Shown piece by piece: positions 48,924-57,565 of a DNA stretch of 64,000 bases. Location: positions 27,356 through 91,355 of the forward strand of contig JBAMLY010000009.1 in the NCBI GenBank assembly GCA_039794045.1, given 5' to 3'. A program made the translations under genes and the position numbers. How positions within the stretch are numbered: position 1 is the first letter of the stretch; each line of letters starts with the position of its first letter. The notes beneath the pieces were generated by a model. That model had not been told where the DNA came from. It did not search any database and saw only the letters and a program-made list of their open reading frames with translations. Source of the stretch: Candidatus Micrarchaeia archaeon (GTDB lineage: Archaea; Micrarchaeota; Micrarchaeia; Norongarragalinales; UBA8480).

Positions 48924-49289
48924 GTGGTTGGAGTGAGCGAGTTCAAGCAAGCAATAATAATTCGCTGCGACCTCGGAATGGGGAAAGGAAAAATGGTGGC
49001 GCAAGGAAGCCATGCGTCGCTCCTCGCCTTTGAGGAAGCCCTAAAGAAAAACGAGGAAGCCGCGCGCGCTTGGCAAGCGAGCGGAAGCAAGAAAATAGTT
49101 CTGAGGGCTGCAAGCGAAAAAGAACTCGTCGAACTATACGCTAAAGCAAGGAAGGCAAGACTGCCTGCAGCGCTCGTAGTTGACGCGGGGCACACGCAAA
49201 TAGAGGCGGGCACGAAGACCGCAGCTGGCATCGGACCAGCAGAAGAAAGCGCGCTTGACAAGATCACTGGAAAACTCAGGTTGTTATAG
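48924..49289 (+). CDS. pth2: Peptidyl-tRNA hydrolase 2
   Basis: KQAIIIRCDLGMGKGK..AQ..HAS, KKIVL, DAGHTQI..GT.T..GIGP and DKITGKL.LL. Confidence 0.95.
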   Translation: MVGVSEFKQAIIIRCDLGMGKGKMVAQGSHASLLAFEEALKKNEEAARAWQASGSKKIVLRAASEKELVELYAKARKARLPAALVVDAGHTQIEAGTKTAAGIGPAEESALDKITGKLRLL

Positions 49290-49341
49290 CGCTGCCACAA
49301 AGCTTTTTGAACACTCGCCGCATTCTATTTTTGAGCGCAAA

Positions 49342-50898
49342 ATGGCTTACTTGGACGAATTGATAGGGAAAGCGAAAGCGCAAAAAAAGGGAGTGGCTGG
49401 GCTCACGCCTGGCACGAAAGAACCAGAAAAGCCAGGCGGGCCAGAAAAAGAAAAAGTGTTGATTGACACTTACGACTCAGTCCACATCTACCGCGTGCCA
49501 GGAGAAGCCCTCTACTTCTACGAAGTCCCAACCCCGCGCTACCGCGGCGAAGAAAAAGCCTTGATTCAAGCCCTCATGGACATCGCAAGCAAAGTAATAG
49601 AAAGCGAGCACGAAGTCCCCCGCACTCTAGAGCAAAAGCGTTTCGCTTACAAGCAAAAAATCCTTGACATAATAGAGTCAACGCCGGAACTCAAAGTGCC
49701 GCCTGCCGCTAAAGAATTTTATGCTGACGCGGTAGTGCGCGAGATGGTAGGCTGGGGCTTGATAGACCCGCTCCTGGAAGACGAGTGGCTTGAAGATGTT
49801 ATGGTGAACGGCCCAAACCAGCCAGTCTACGTCTTCCACAGGAAATACGACATGATGAAGACGAACATAGTCTTCTACGACGACAAAGACATTCGCGACT
49901 TGATAGACCGCATCGCGCGCACCATAGGACGCCACATAGACATTCAAACCCCTTTGCTGGACGCGAGGCTCCCCGACGGAACGCGCGTGAACGCAACAGT
50001 GCCGCCAGCGAGCTTGAACGGCTCCACTTTGTCAATAAGAAAGTTCCGCACCGACCCAATAACCATAATAGACTTAGTAAACTACGGCACGCTCAACTAC
50101 GAAGTGGCCGCGTTTCTTTGGCTGGCAGCCGACGGCTTCGGAGCAAAGCCAGCCAACATGATAATAAGCGGCGGCACGGCAAGCGGGAAGACGACGCTAT
50201 TGAACGTCATCTCGTCACTGGTGCCGAACAGCGAGCGCGTCATCACAATAGAAGACACTGCTGAACTCAACTTGCCGCTGGAGCAATGGGTTCGCTTTGA
50301 AACAAGGCCTCCTGGCGTGGAGGGCGGCGGCGAACTCACGATGGACATGCTGTTAAAGAACTCGCTGCGCATGAGGCCAGACCGCATCATTGTCGGCGAA
50401 ATCCGGGGAGAGGAAGGACACACTCTTTTCTCGGCGATGAACACAGGACACGACGGCTGCCTTGGAACGCTTCACGCAAACAGCGCGCGTGAAACCCTCA
50501 TTCGCCTCAGCAACCCGCCAATCAACGTTCCCCTCATAATGCTTTCTTCCCTCAACTTCATCATAATGGAGCAGAGAATCAATGACCGCCGCAAGGGACT
50601 CATTCGCCGCATCACGGAAATAGCGGAAGTGATTTCAGTAGAGGAAAACAAGATGCCCGAACTCCAAGTAATCTATCAATGGGACCCCGCAAAAGACGTC
50701 CTGCAAAGCACTGGAATGAATCCCTTGTACTTCCAAGTACTGCAGCGCTACACGGCCTACACCAAGGACGTCATAGAAGAAGAACTCAAAAACCGCGCCA
50801 ACATATTGAGGGAACTAAACTCGCGTGGCGTGCGCAGCCTCTCTGACGTGTGCGCCGTAACCCACAACTACATCTTGCGCACTCAAGGAAAACTGTGA
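49342..50898 (+). CDS. Type IV pilus assembly ATPase (CpaF/TadA/VirB11)
   Basis: LEDVMVNG, DARLPDGTRVNA, SGGTASGKTT, IEDTAEL, LRMRPDRIIVGEIRG and AMNTGH; heads the pilus operon. Confidence 0.94.
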   Translation: MAYLDELIGKAKAQKKGVAGLTPGTKEPEKPGGPEKEKVLIDTYDSVHIYRVPGEALYFYEVPTPRYRGEEKALIQALMDIASKVIESEHEVPRTLEQKRFAYKQKILDIIESTPELKVPPAAKEFYADAVVREMVGWGLIDPLLEDEWLEDVMVNGPNQPVYVFHRKYDMMKTNIVFYDDKDIRDLIDRIARTIGRHIDIQTPLLDARLPDGTRVNATVPPASLNGSTLSIRKFRTDPITIIDLVNYGTLNYEVAAFLWLAADGFGAKPANMIISGGTASGKTTLLNVISSLVPNSERVITIEDTAELNLPLEQWVRFETRPPGVEGGGELTMDMLLKNSLRMRPDRIIVGEIRGEEGHTLFSAMNTGHDGCLGTLHANSARETLIRLSNPPINVPLIMLSSLNFIIMEQRINDRRKGLIRRITEIAEVISVEENKMPELQVIYQWDPAKDVLQSTGMNPLYFQVLQRYTAYTKDVIEEELKNRANILRELNSRGVRSLSDVCAVTHNYILRTQGKL

Positions 50899-50910
50899 GG
50901 CCTTCAGTGA

Positions 50911-52050
50911 ATGCCTGAAAGCAAGCTGGAAAAAATAAAGCGCGCCGTGGAAAAAACAGAGCTTGAAACCCGCGCCGAAGTCTTGAAGGAAGAAGAGCTG
51001 GCGCGCCGCCGCGAACTCGACGAAATAATCGCAAAACTCAAGGAAAAACAAAAAAAAGGTTTTGTGGCAGAAAAGCGGCTGGAAAAAATAAAGGAGCACG
51101 TAGAAGAAAAACCAGAAATAAGCGAGGAAGAAACCAAGGCAGCAATCCGCTTGCAAGTAAGCAAGACGAAGGGAGTAGGCTGGTTTTACTCTTCCCTGCA
51201 AAAACCCATAACTTCAGTGTCAAAAGTTTTCTCTGTTATTCCAGTCGCAAAAAACTTGAAGAAAGAACTCGCAAGCGCAGACATGCACATCACGCCAGAA
51301 GCCTACCTCGCCCTAACTACCACGGTCTCCGTCATAGCCGCAATAACTACTTGGATTGCCGCAGGCATTCTAGCGACTAGCTTGAGTAACTTGAGTGTAA
51401 TAGAAATAGCTTCATCTATCTCGCTTGCCTTCGTTGGAGCAGTGCTGGCGTTCTTCGGGGTTTCTGCAGTCGCGCTCGCTTACCCTTCAATTCGCGCGTC
51501 CGAGCGAGCAAACAAAATAGACAAGGAACTGCCGTTCGCGTTGCGCCACCTCGCCACTCAACTCAAGGCCGGCGTGAGCCTCAACCGCGCAATGCGGTCA
51601 GTCGCGGACGCCAACTACGGCGCACTCACGCAAGAGTTCAGAAAAACGCTCGCTGACTTGGAGAGCGGCTTGAGCACGGAAGACGCGTTATTGAAGCTTG
51701 CAGACCGCAACCGCTCTCGAGGCCTAAAGCGCGCGGTAGTGCAAATAACGCGCGCGATCAGGACGGGCGGAAACCTCGCCGAAATAATTTCATCCATAGC
51801 AGACGACATCTCGTTTGAGTCCCGCATGAAAATACGCGACTTCACGGAAATGCTGAACATAATAAGCATAGTCTACATAATGGTAGGAGTAGTCGCGCCA
51901 GTAATGATAACCATTCTGTCCGCCGTAGCCCAGCTGCCAGTGTTCGGTGGCGGGATAGCATTCGGATTAGTGCTCGCAGTGTTCGCGGGAATAGTGGGCG
52001 CTACTGGCGCCCTCATCTTCCTAATCAAGAGACTAGAACCAGTAGCGTGA
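50911..52050 (+). CDS. Type II/IV secretion system F (TadB/TadC-like) membrane platform protein
   Basis: IDKELPFALRHLATQLKAG, YGALTQEF and GGNLAEII plus TM helices. Confidence 0.9.
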   Translation: MPESKLEKIKRAVEKTELETRAEVLKEEELARRRELDEIIAKLKEKQKKGFVAEKRLEKIKEHVEEKPEISEEETKAAIRLQVSKTKGVGWFYSSLQKPITSVSKVFSVIPVAKNLKKELASADMHITPEAYLALTTTVSVIAAITTWIAAGILATSLSNLSVIEIASSISLAFVGAVLAFFGVSAVALAYPSIRASERANKIDKELPFALRHLATQLKAGVSLNRAMRSVADANYGALTQEFRKTLADLESGLSTEDALLKLADRNRSRGLKRAVVQITRAIRTGGNLAEIISSIADDISFESRMKIRDFTEMLNIISIVYIMVGVVAPVMITILSAVAQLPVFGGGIAFGLVLAVFAGIVGATGALIFLIKRLEPVA

Positions 52051-52054
52051 AAAA

Positions 52055-53098
52055 ATGACTTCGCTTTCGCAGCAGTGGGAAAACTTGAAGCGCTACTATG
52101 CGGCAACCGGCTTCCGAATAAGCCTGCCTGCCTTCATGGCGGTGATGCTGGCTTTCGCGGCAATAGCTGCCATGGCAAGCCTTGCGTTAATTCAACTCTT
52201 GCCGCCGGACTTGAAGCAGAACGCCCCCATAGTCGCGGCAGCATGCTTTGCAGCAATAATTTCGTTAATCATAGGCATTCCCGTTACGATCAGAAACAAC
52301 CGCATTTCAGCAATAGAAAATAACTTGCCTGACGCGCTCAAGCACATGGCTTTAGTATTAAAGGCAGGCGGAACCACTGAAGCCGCGCTAGAAGAAGTGG
52401 CGAACGCAGACTACGGCCCACTCAGCGCAGACCTCAAAATTGGCTTGAAGGGCTTGAAGGAAGGAAAGCCGTTCGACGACGTGCTCCGCGAAACCGCAAT
52501 AAACACTGGCTCGGTGTTGTTCAACAGGACTAGCGCAATAATGGTTGACGCGCGCCGCGCTGGCGCTGGCTTGGCAGATGTCATGAACGCGGTGGGAGAC
52601 GACGCGCGAGACATTCTCCGCATCGGGCGCGAGCGAAAGAGTAGGACGATGATGCACGTAATGTTCCTAATAATTTCAGGGTTGTTTCTCTCGCCATTCA
52701 TTTTCGGCTTCACGATGAGCATTGTTTCCTTCATGTCTTCCGGAATTGCAGTGAGCGGCACAGGGCTCGGCGAAAGCGGGAGCACCGTCAACATGACAAT
52801 CGCAGACTGCAGGGTTCCCTGCCTCATTCAAACCGACCCAGTAATGGCTGGCTTTCTCGCGGCCGGCCTTGCTCCCTTGAACACCGTAAAGCCATTGTAC
52901 GAGTGGAGGCTCAACGCAATGGACCAGCTTTTAATGGTTTTCCTCGCAATAGTTTCAATAGTCACGCTCGTAGCAATAGGAGTTATAAGGGAAGGAAAAC
53001 TGTTCAAGTACGTGCTTTACTTCCCCTTCGCCATACTCGCAGTAATAGTAATATATTTGGCTGGAAAAATATTCAGTGGATTCATTATTGGGTCGTGA
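52055..53098 (+). CDS. Type II/IV secretion system F (TadC-like) membrane platform protein
   Basis: IENNLPDALKHMALVLKAG, YGPLS and GAGLADVM plus TM helices. Confidence 0.9.
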   Translation: MTSLSQQWENLKRYYAATGFRISLPAFMAVMLAFAAIAAMASLALIQLLPPDLKQNAPIVAAACFAAIISLIIGIPVTIRNNRISAIENNLPDALKHMALVLKAGGTTEAALEEVANADYGPLSADLKIGLKGLKEGKPFDDVLRETAINTGSVLFNRTSAIMVDARRAGAGLADVMNAVGDDARDILRIGRERKSRTMMHVMFLIISGLFLSPFIFGFTMSIVSFMSSGIAVSGTGLGESGSTVNMTIADCRVPCLIQTDPVMAGFLAAGLAPLNTVKPLYEWRLNAMDQLLMVFLAIVSIVTLVAIGVIREGKLFKYVLYFPFAILAVIVIYLAGKIFSGFIIGS

Positions 53099-53102
53099 AA
53101 AA

Positions 53103-53204
53103 ATGAGGGCGCAAACAGCAATAGAATACCTTCTCTTGATAGCGATGGCGGTTGTCGCGGTAACCGCCATAACTTACTTCGTGAAAACGGTTTTGTCGCG
53201 GTGA
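53103..53204 (+). CDS. Ultra-short class III signal peptide pilin (33 aa; absent from the ORF track)
   Basis: Hand translation MRA|QTAIEYLLLIAMAVVAVTAITYFVKTVLSR; fills the gap between TadC and the next pilin. Confidence 0.75.
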   Translation: MRAQTAIEYLLLIAMAVVAVTAITYFVKTVLSR

Positions 53205-53211
53205 AAGAAAA

Positions 53212-53418
53212 ATGGATGAAAAAGCACAGGGAGCATTCGAGTACATTTTAATGCTGGCAGGCATTCTCTTGATCGTGGTCGTAATAATAATGGTGGTGAA
53301 GTCCAACATTCTCTCGCCGGCCACAGGGACAGTAGAACAAACAACTGGTCAATACCAGCAAACCACTAACTGTAGTGACTTGAACGCTTCAACGCTGCAG
53401 GAATGCTTGAACAAATAA
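53212..53418 (+). CDS. Type IV pilin (array member 1, short; likely major pilin)
   Basis: MDEKA|QGAFEYILMLAGILLIVVV, two Cys and sequons NCS and NAS. Confidence 0.88.
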   Translation: MDEKAQGAFEYILMLAGILLIVVVIIMVVKSNILSPATGTVEQTTGQYQQTTNCSDLNASTLQECLNK

Positions 53419-53432
53419 GGAAGGTGAAAAAA

Positions 53433-53855
53433 ATGGGTTTTGCGCCGCGAAAGGGACAGGGAGCCTTCGAGTACATATTATTGCTCGCTGGCATTCTCTT
53501 AATAGTAGTAATCGTAATAATAGTCCTCAAAAGCGGTTTGACGCAGCAGTCGAGCACGAACATTGGAGAGTCAAGCGAGAAAATCCGCGTGAACGCGGCA
53601 GTGCGGTGCCTAGACTTCTGCGGCGACGGCGCGTGGGCTTGGGTAAAGTCAGCTAACTCGTCGATAACGCTTCAATACAACTCTTCTTGCCCGATTGCCG
53701 CAGGACTCAATGGAACTCCTAATTGCTTCTGGACTGGAAGCGACAACGCCGTCGGCTGCAACGCCACGTGGTCTACTGGAAGCAGCGTCTACGCCAACAC
53801 TCCGCCCAACAACGCGAAATTCTGTCAGTTGGCGCAGCAGAGCTCGAGCAGCTGA
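53433..53855 (+). CDS. Type IV pilin (array member 2, 6-Cys head)
   Basis: RKG|QGAFEYILLLAGILLIVV; CLDFCG.GAW...C...C...CN...FC. Confidence 0.88.
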   Translation: MGFAPRKGQGAFEYILLLAGILLIVVIVIIVLKSGLTQQSSTNIGESSEKIRVNAAVRCLDFCGDGAWAWVKSANSSITLQYNSSCPIAAGLNGTPNCFWTGSDNAVGCNATWSTGSSVYANTPPNNAKFCQLAQQSSSS

Positions 53856-53896
53856 GCGCCACCCCTCTTTTTATTTTTATTCAAACTATTTTTTTC

Positions 53897-54334
53897 ATGC
53901 CACGAAAACGCGGGCAAGGAGCTTTTGAATACATCTTGTTAGTCGCAGGCATTCTGTTAATCGTGGTCGTCGTCGTCTTGCTCTTGAAGTCAGGCGTAGT
54001 GCAAGGCGCGCAGAAAAACGTTGGCGAAAGCAGTGGAAGGCTTTCCGTGAACAGCAAGATAAGCTGCCTAGATTTCTGCGGCGAAGGGGCTTGGAGTTAC
54101 GTGGCGAACGCCGAGCCAAGCGCGCGCGTGACGCCTTACGTTGACGCGTGCACTCTCGCGGAAGGAGTGAACGGCAACGCTTCCTGTTTTTACGGTGAAA
54201 GCGACGCGGCTGCGCGCGACGGCGCCTACCATTACTGGTGCAACGCATCCAACGTGACTGGAATGCAGAAGTACGCAAACACGCGTCCCAACAACCAGTT
54301 GTTCTGCGGCTACGTGCGCGAAAACGCTCCCTGA
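53897..54334 (+). CDS. Type IV pilin (array member 3, 6-Cys head)
   Basis: MPRKRG|QGAFEYILLVAGILLIVV with the same Cys scaffold. Confidence 0.88.
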   Translation: MPRKRGQGAFEYILLVAGILLIVVVVVLLLKSGVVQGAQKNVGESSGRLSVNSKISCLDFCGEGAWSYVANAEPSARVTPYVDACTLAEGVNGNASCFYGESDAAARDGAYHYWCNASNVTGMQKYANTRPNNQLFCGYVRENAP

Positions 54335-54388
54335 AAAGAATTTATATCGCGGTTGATTATTGGCTTAAACGGTTTGAGAGAGATTAAA

Positions 54389-54841
54389 TTGAGAATTCCA
54401 GAGTTTGGGAAAAGAGGCCAGGGAGCCTTTGAATACATTTTGCTCGTCGCAGGCATTCTGCTCATCGTCGTGCTCGTCATACTACTCCTAAAGGGCGGGC
54501 TGGTGTCGCAAAGCGGTGCCAACGTGGCCGAGTCAGGCGAGAAAGCACGCATAAACAGCGAAATAAATTGCCTGCAATTCTGTGGCGCTGGCGCGTGGAA
54601 GTACATAACGCCAAATGCGAAGGGTAATTACACTAATTGCACTGTAAGAGAAGGAATAACCGGCAATCCGGCGTGCTTCTGGAACGCCAGCACTGGCGAC
54701 ACGGCAACCTGCAACGTCACTGCAGTTCTCATCGAGGCAGGCTATACTCCATCCGAGGCAGCAAAATACTACAATGTAACGCCCGCCAACACTGACTTCT
54801 GCGGCTACGTAAGGCAGACCGCCAAGGAAAGCACGAGGTAA
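54389..54841 (+). CDS. Type IV pilin (array member 4, 6-Cys head)
   Basis: KRG|QGAFEYILLVAGILLIVV with the same Cys scaffold. TTG start is assumed. Confidence 0.86.
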   Translation: MRIPEFGKRGQGAFEYILLVAGILLIVVLVILLLKGGLVSQSGANVAESGEKARINSEINCLQFCGAGAWKYITPNAKGNYTNCTVREGITGNPACFWNASTGDTATCNVTAVLIEAGYTPSEAAKYYNVTPANTDFCGYVRQTAKESTR

Positions 54842-54939
54842 GCAACGCGACCCACCCGTGACTTTAAAAAAGCCACGAAATTTATTTTTAAAGAAGTGAA
54901 CGCCTTCGAGGCGTTAAAAAGAATGGAGGGAAAAAGAAA

Positions 54940-55410
54940 ATGGTGCCCACCTTGAATTTAAAAAAGAAGAAAGGGCAGGGAGCCTTCGAGTACATCTTGC
55001 TCGTCGCAGGCATTCTGCTCATCGTAGTAATCGTGGTCTTCCTGTTGAAGGGAGGACTGCAAGCGCAAGCCGGAAGCGGCGGTGTAGTAAGCACGAGCAC
55101 GGAAAAAATCAACATCAACGTGGAAAGCCAGTGCTTGGACTTCTGCGGCCCGGGCGCTTGGGCAGCGTACGGAGTGCAAAACAGTGACTTCGCAAACACT
55201 AATTGCACTCTCGCCGAAGGAGTAAACGGCAACAGCAGCTGCTACTACTCTGCAACCACTATAGGCAATAACGGCTTATGTAACGCGACTTACGTCTTAA
55301 AGCCCGGCGTTGCGCAAAGCAAGGGCTTACTGAACTCAAGTGGCGCCACGGTAGTACACCCGCAGAACACGCAGTTCTGCACTTACGTGCGCCAAGCAAG
55401 AGCAGGCTAG
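54940..55410 (+). CDS. Type IV pilin (array member 5, 6-Cys head)
   Basis: KKKKG|QGAFEYILLVAGILLIVV with the same Cys scaffold. Confidence 0.88.
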   Translation: MVPTLNLKKKKGQGAFEYILLVAGILLIVVIVVFLLKGGLQAQAGSGGVVSTSTEKININVESQCLDFCGPGAWAAYGVQNSDFANTNCTLAEGVNGNSSCYYSATTIGNNGLCNATYVLKPGVAQSKGLLNSSGATVVHPQNTQFCTYVRQARAG

Positions 55411-55414
55411 AACT

Positions 55415-55465
55415 TCCCGCTTTTCCCCCTTTTTTTATTTCTTCTTTTCCCTAAACCTTTTTATT
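55415..55465 (+). terminator. Pyrimidine/T-rich archaeal terminator candidate after the pilin array
   Basis: CTTTTCCCCCTTTTTTTATTTCTTCTTTTCC directly after the stop at 55410. A similar T-run follows member 2 (about 53866-53896). Confidence 0.5.
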
Positions 55466-55488
55466 GAAGGCGGGCCTGCAATAAAGTC

Positions 55489-55659
55489 ATGGACGAGCGA
55501 GCGCAGACCGCCACTGAGTACTTGCTTATTCTAGCGCTTGGCCTCGTCTTGCTCGGCGTCGTGCTCGCCATGGCTTTGCGCCTCCGCGACTTCAGCAACG
55601 TCTTGACCGGCCGCGTGGCAGAAGAAAGAAACAATACCTTGTCGATGCTAGTCAGCTGA
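55489..55659 (+). CDS. Small class III signal peptide pilin (56 aa; absent from the ORF track)
   Basis: Hand translation MDERA|QTATEYLLILALGLVLLGVVLAMALRLRDFSNVLTGRVAEERNNTLSMLVS. Confidence 0.8.
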   Translation: MDERAQTATEYLLILALGLVLLGVVLAMALRLRDFSNVLTGRVAEERNNTLSMLVS

Positions 55660-55692
55660 ACTAATTTTATACCAGCGGCGCTACTTGATTGC

Positions 55693-56745
55693 ATGCAGTA
55701 CGCCTTGCCGGCATTAGTGGCAGCAGCTTTTGCTTGCACTGCAACAGTGTGGGACTTGAGGAAGCGCTTGATTCCCAACGCGTTAAACTATTCATTTCTC
55801 GCCGCGGGGGCGGCGCTGGCGCTAGCGCAAGGAATTTTTTCTGTGGGTTACGTCGGACTAGTTGCGTTGTCTTTTGCTTTCGCTTATGCTTTGTACAAGG
55901 CAGGCGTTTGGGCTGGGGGAGACGCAAAGTTTTTCACGGCGCTCTCGTCTTTCCTGCCTTTCTTTTGGCAAGTACCGTTGACTGGCTGGAACGTTTTCTC
56001 TTTCCTAGCAATATTTTTTTACTCGGTGGCAGCAGGAGTGCCTGTCACTCTCCTCGCTTGCGCGCCAAAGCTGTGGTTGTTGCGTGGCGAGCTCGCTTCG
56101 CTCTTGCGCGCAGCAGCGCCGCGCGCTTTCTCGGCAGCGCTTGCTTCAGCGGCGGTTGCCTTTGCGTTGCAAAAGTTTTTCGCGCTCGTTCCACAAGCTG
56201 GTTGGGTTGCCTCGGCAGCCGCAGTCGTGTTTTTGTTGGCGGCGCGCGTGCCGCTAGCGGTTTCTGCGGCCGTCTTCGTTGCCGCTCTCGCGCTAGACCC
56301 GTTGAACTCGCTTGAGTTGTTTGCTGGCGCGCTCGCGGTCTCGTGGCTTGCGTTGTTCGCGTGGCAGGCGCTCGCGCTTGCCAGGAACAAGGTTTTGCGC
56401 CGCCACGTGAGAGTAGACGAGTTAGAAGAGGGAATGATTCCGGCTTACTCTGTGGTCGTTGACGAGAGCGGAAGAGCGCGGGAGTTGAGAACGCCTGGCT
56501 TAAAGGAGTTGCTTGCCGCCGCGGGAAAGGCTGATGCTGCCGCGCTGGCGCGGTTGCTCAAGCCACGGGAAAGAATAGTCGCGGACTCCAGGCTAGCTCG
56601 TGGTTTGAGTGAGACAGAGATAAAGGAATTAAAGGCGCTTGGAGTAAAGAGTTTGGTTGTCCGCGAGTCCATCGCGTTCGCGCCAGTAATGGTTGCTGGG
56701 TTCGCGTTGGCGGCTTTGCTGGGAGTGAAGTGGCTTGGCTTTTAA
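55693..56745 (+). CDS. A24 prepilin peptidase, EppA-like (large form)
   Basis: WDLRKRLIPN and WAGGDAKFF catalytic Asp motifs, extra TM segments, LEEGMIP, GLSETEI..L and C-terminal IAFAP. Confidence 0.9.
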   Translation: MQYALPALVAAAFACTATVWDLRKRLIPNALNYSFLAAGAALALAQGIFSVGYVGLVALSFAFAYALYKAGVWAGGDAKFFTALSSFLPFFWQVPLTGWNVFSFLAIFFYSVAAGVPVTLLACAPKLWLLRGELASLLRAAAPRAFSAALASAAVAFALQKFFALVPQAGWVASAAAVVFLLAARVPLAVSAAVFVAALALDPLNSLELFAGALAVSWLALFAWQALALARNKVLRRHVRVDELEEGMIPAYSVVVDESGRARELRTPGLKELLAAAGKADAAALARLLKPRERIVADSRLARGLSETEIKELKALGVKSLVVRESIAFAPVMVAGFALAALLGVKWLGF

Positions 56746-57169
56746 GAGAGGACAGTTGGGAATAGAGTTTTTCTTGGTGGTGGCGTTCGTGCTTGTTCTC
56801 GGCAGCGTCTTGAGTGCTTCCGTGGACGAGCAAGTCATTGCCGCGAGGGCCTTAGACAGGGCTGCGCTAGCGAAAAGCGCGGTGGATGCAGTGTCTCACG
56901 CAATAAACCTCGTCACGCTGGAAGGCAACGGGGCTCTTGCCAGCAGAGAAGTTTTCTTTCCAGCTGAAACGCAGTGCATCCAGTACAGCAGCGCACGCAA
57001 GGCGCTTTACTGCGATGTCGCGGGAGCAGGCAAGGTTTACGGCGTAGCGCTTTACCGCGAGCCGACAGTGTTACTGAATTGTTTTTCTTCAGGCACTCAA
57101 GGCTGGTTCCTTGTGACCGTGAATGGAACCAGCAATGGAGCGCAAGTTAATTGTACTAAACTGGGTTGA
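56735..57169 (+). CDS. Class III signal peptide minor pilin
   Basis: KRG|QLGIEFFLVV plus hydrophobic helix; Cys-containing head. Confidence 0.82.
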   Translation: MAFKRGQLGIEFFLVVAFVLVLGSVLSASVDEQVIAARALDRAALAKSAVDAVSHAINLVTLEGNGALASREVFFPAETQCIQYSSARKALYCDVAGAGKVYGVALYREPTVLLNCFSSGTQGWFLVTVNGTSNGAQVNCTKLG

Positions 57170-57175
57170 AGTTGT

Positions 57176-57565
57176 TTGCGGGGGCAAGCTTTTTCAGAGT
57201 ATTTGCTCGTCGTCGCCTTCATCGTGGCGCTGGCGGCGTTCTTCGTGCTTCCAGGCGCCCACCAAACAGAGGTGACGATGGGCTTGGCTGGCGCGCGCCT
57301 GGGTTGCGCGGAATACTCTGCAATTGAAAACTCTTCAGTTTACTGCACAGAGTTTTCTTACGCGGCAAGCGGACCGAACTTGACTATTTATCCCAAGGTG
57401 TTCGACTTGCAAGGCAAAAGAGTCACGGACTTGCCTGGAAGTTTTTACGCGCGAGTAATTTCAGGCATCGCAGGAAACATTTTAAACAACCGGAGTTTTT
57501 CTTGCGTTAACTGTATTTCGTGTTGGGTGGGGCACTACAATTACTGTGTTAACGCGACGAGTTGA
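57176..57565 (+). CDS. Class III signal peptide minor pilin
   Basis: RG|QAFSEYLLVV plus hydrophobic helix; Cys-rich tail. Confidence 0.8.
   Translation: MRGQAFSEYLLVVAFIVALAAFFVLPGAHQTEVTMGLAGARLGCAEYSAIENSSVYCTEFSYAASGPNLTIYPKVFDLQGKRVTDLPGSFYARVISGIAGNILNNRSFSCVNCISCWVGHYNYCVNATS

Larger units (their letters stand above)
53227..55025 (+). repeat. Five dispersed ~50-bp imperfect direct repeats encoding the pilin N-terminus (starts 53227, 53457, 53915, 54419, 54976)
   Basis: Consensus CARGGAGCHTTYGARTACAT...GCWGGCATTCT. Copies 4 and 5 match at 47/50 nt with a 29-nt identical run. Confidence 0.85.

Noticed and set aside
53227..55025. Recurring ~50-bp repeats as a CRISPR array
   Set aside because: Spacing is 230-560 bp, the repeats are in-frame pilin coding sequence with synonymous variation, and no cas genes are present.
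53212..55410. Diversity-generating retroelement acting on the pilins
   Set aside because: There is no reverse transcriptase in the window and no template/variable repeat pair differing only at adenines.
49342..56745. Archaellum operon
   Set aside because: No ArlH, ArlF/G or archaellin-type N-termini are present. Two TadC-like genes and Q+1 pilins indicate a pilus.
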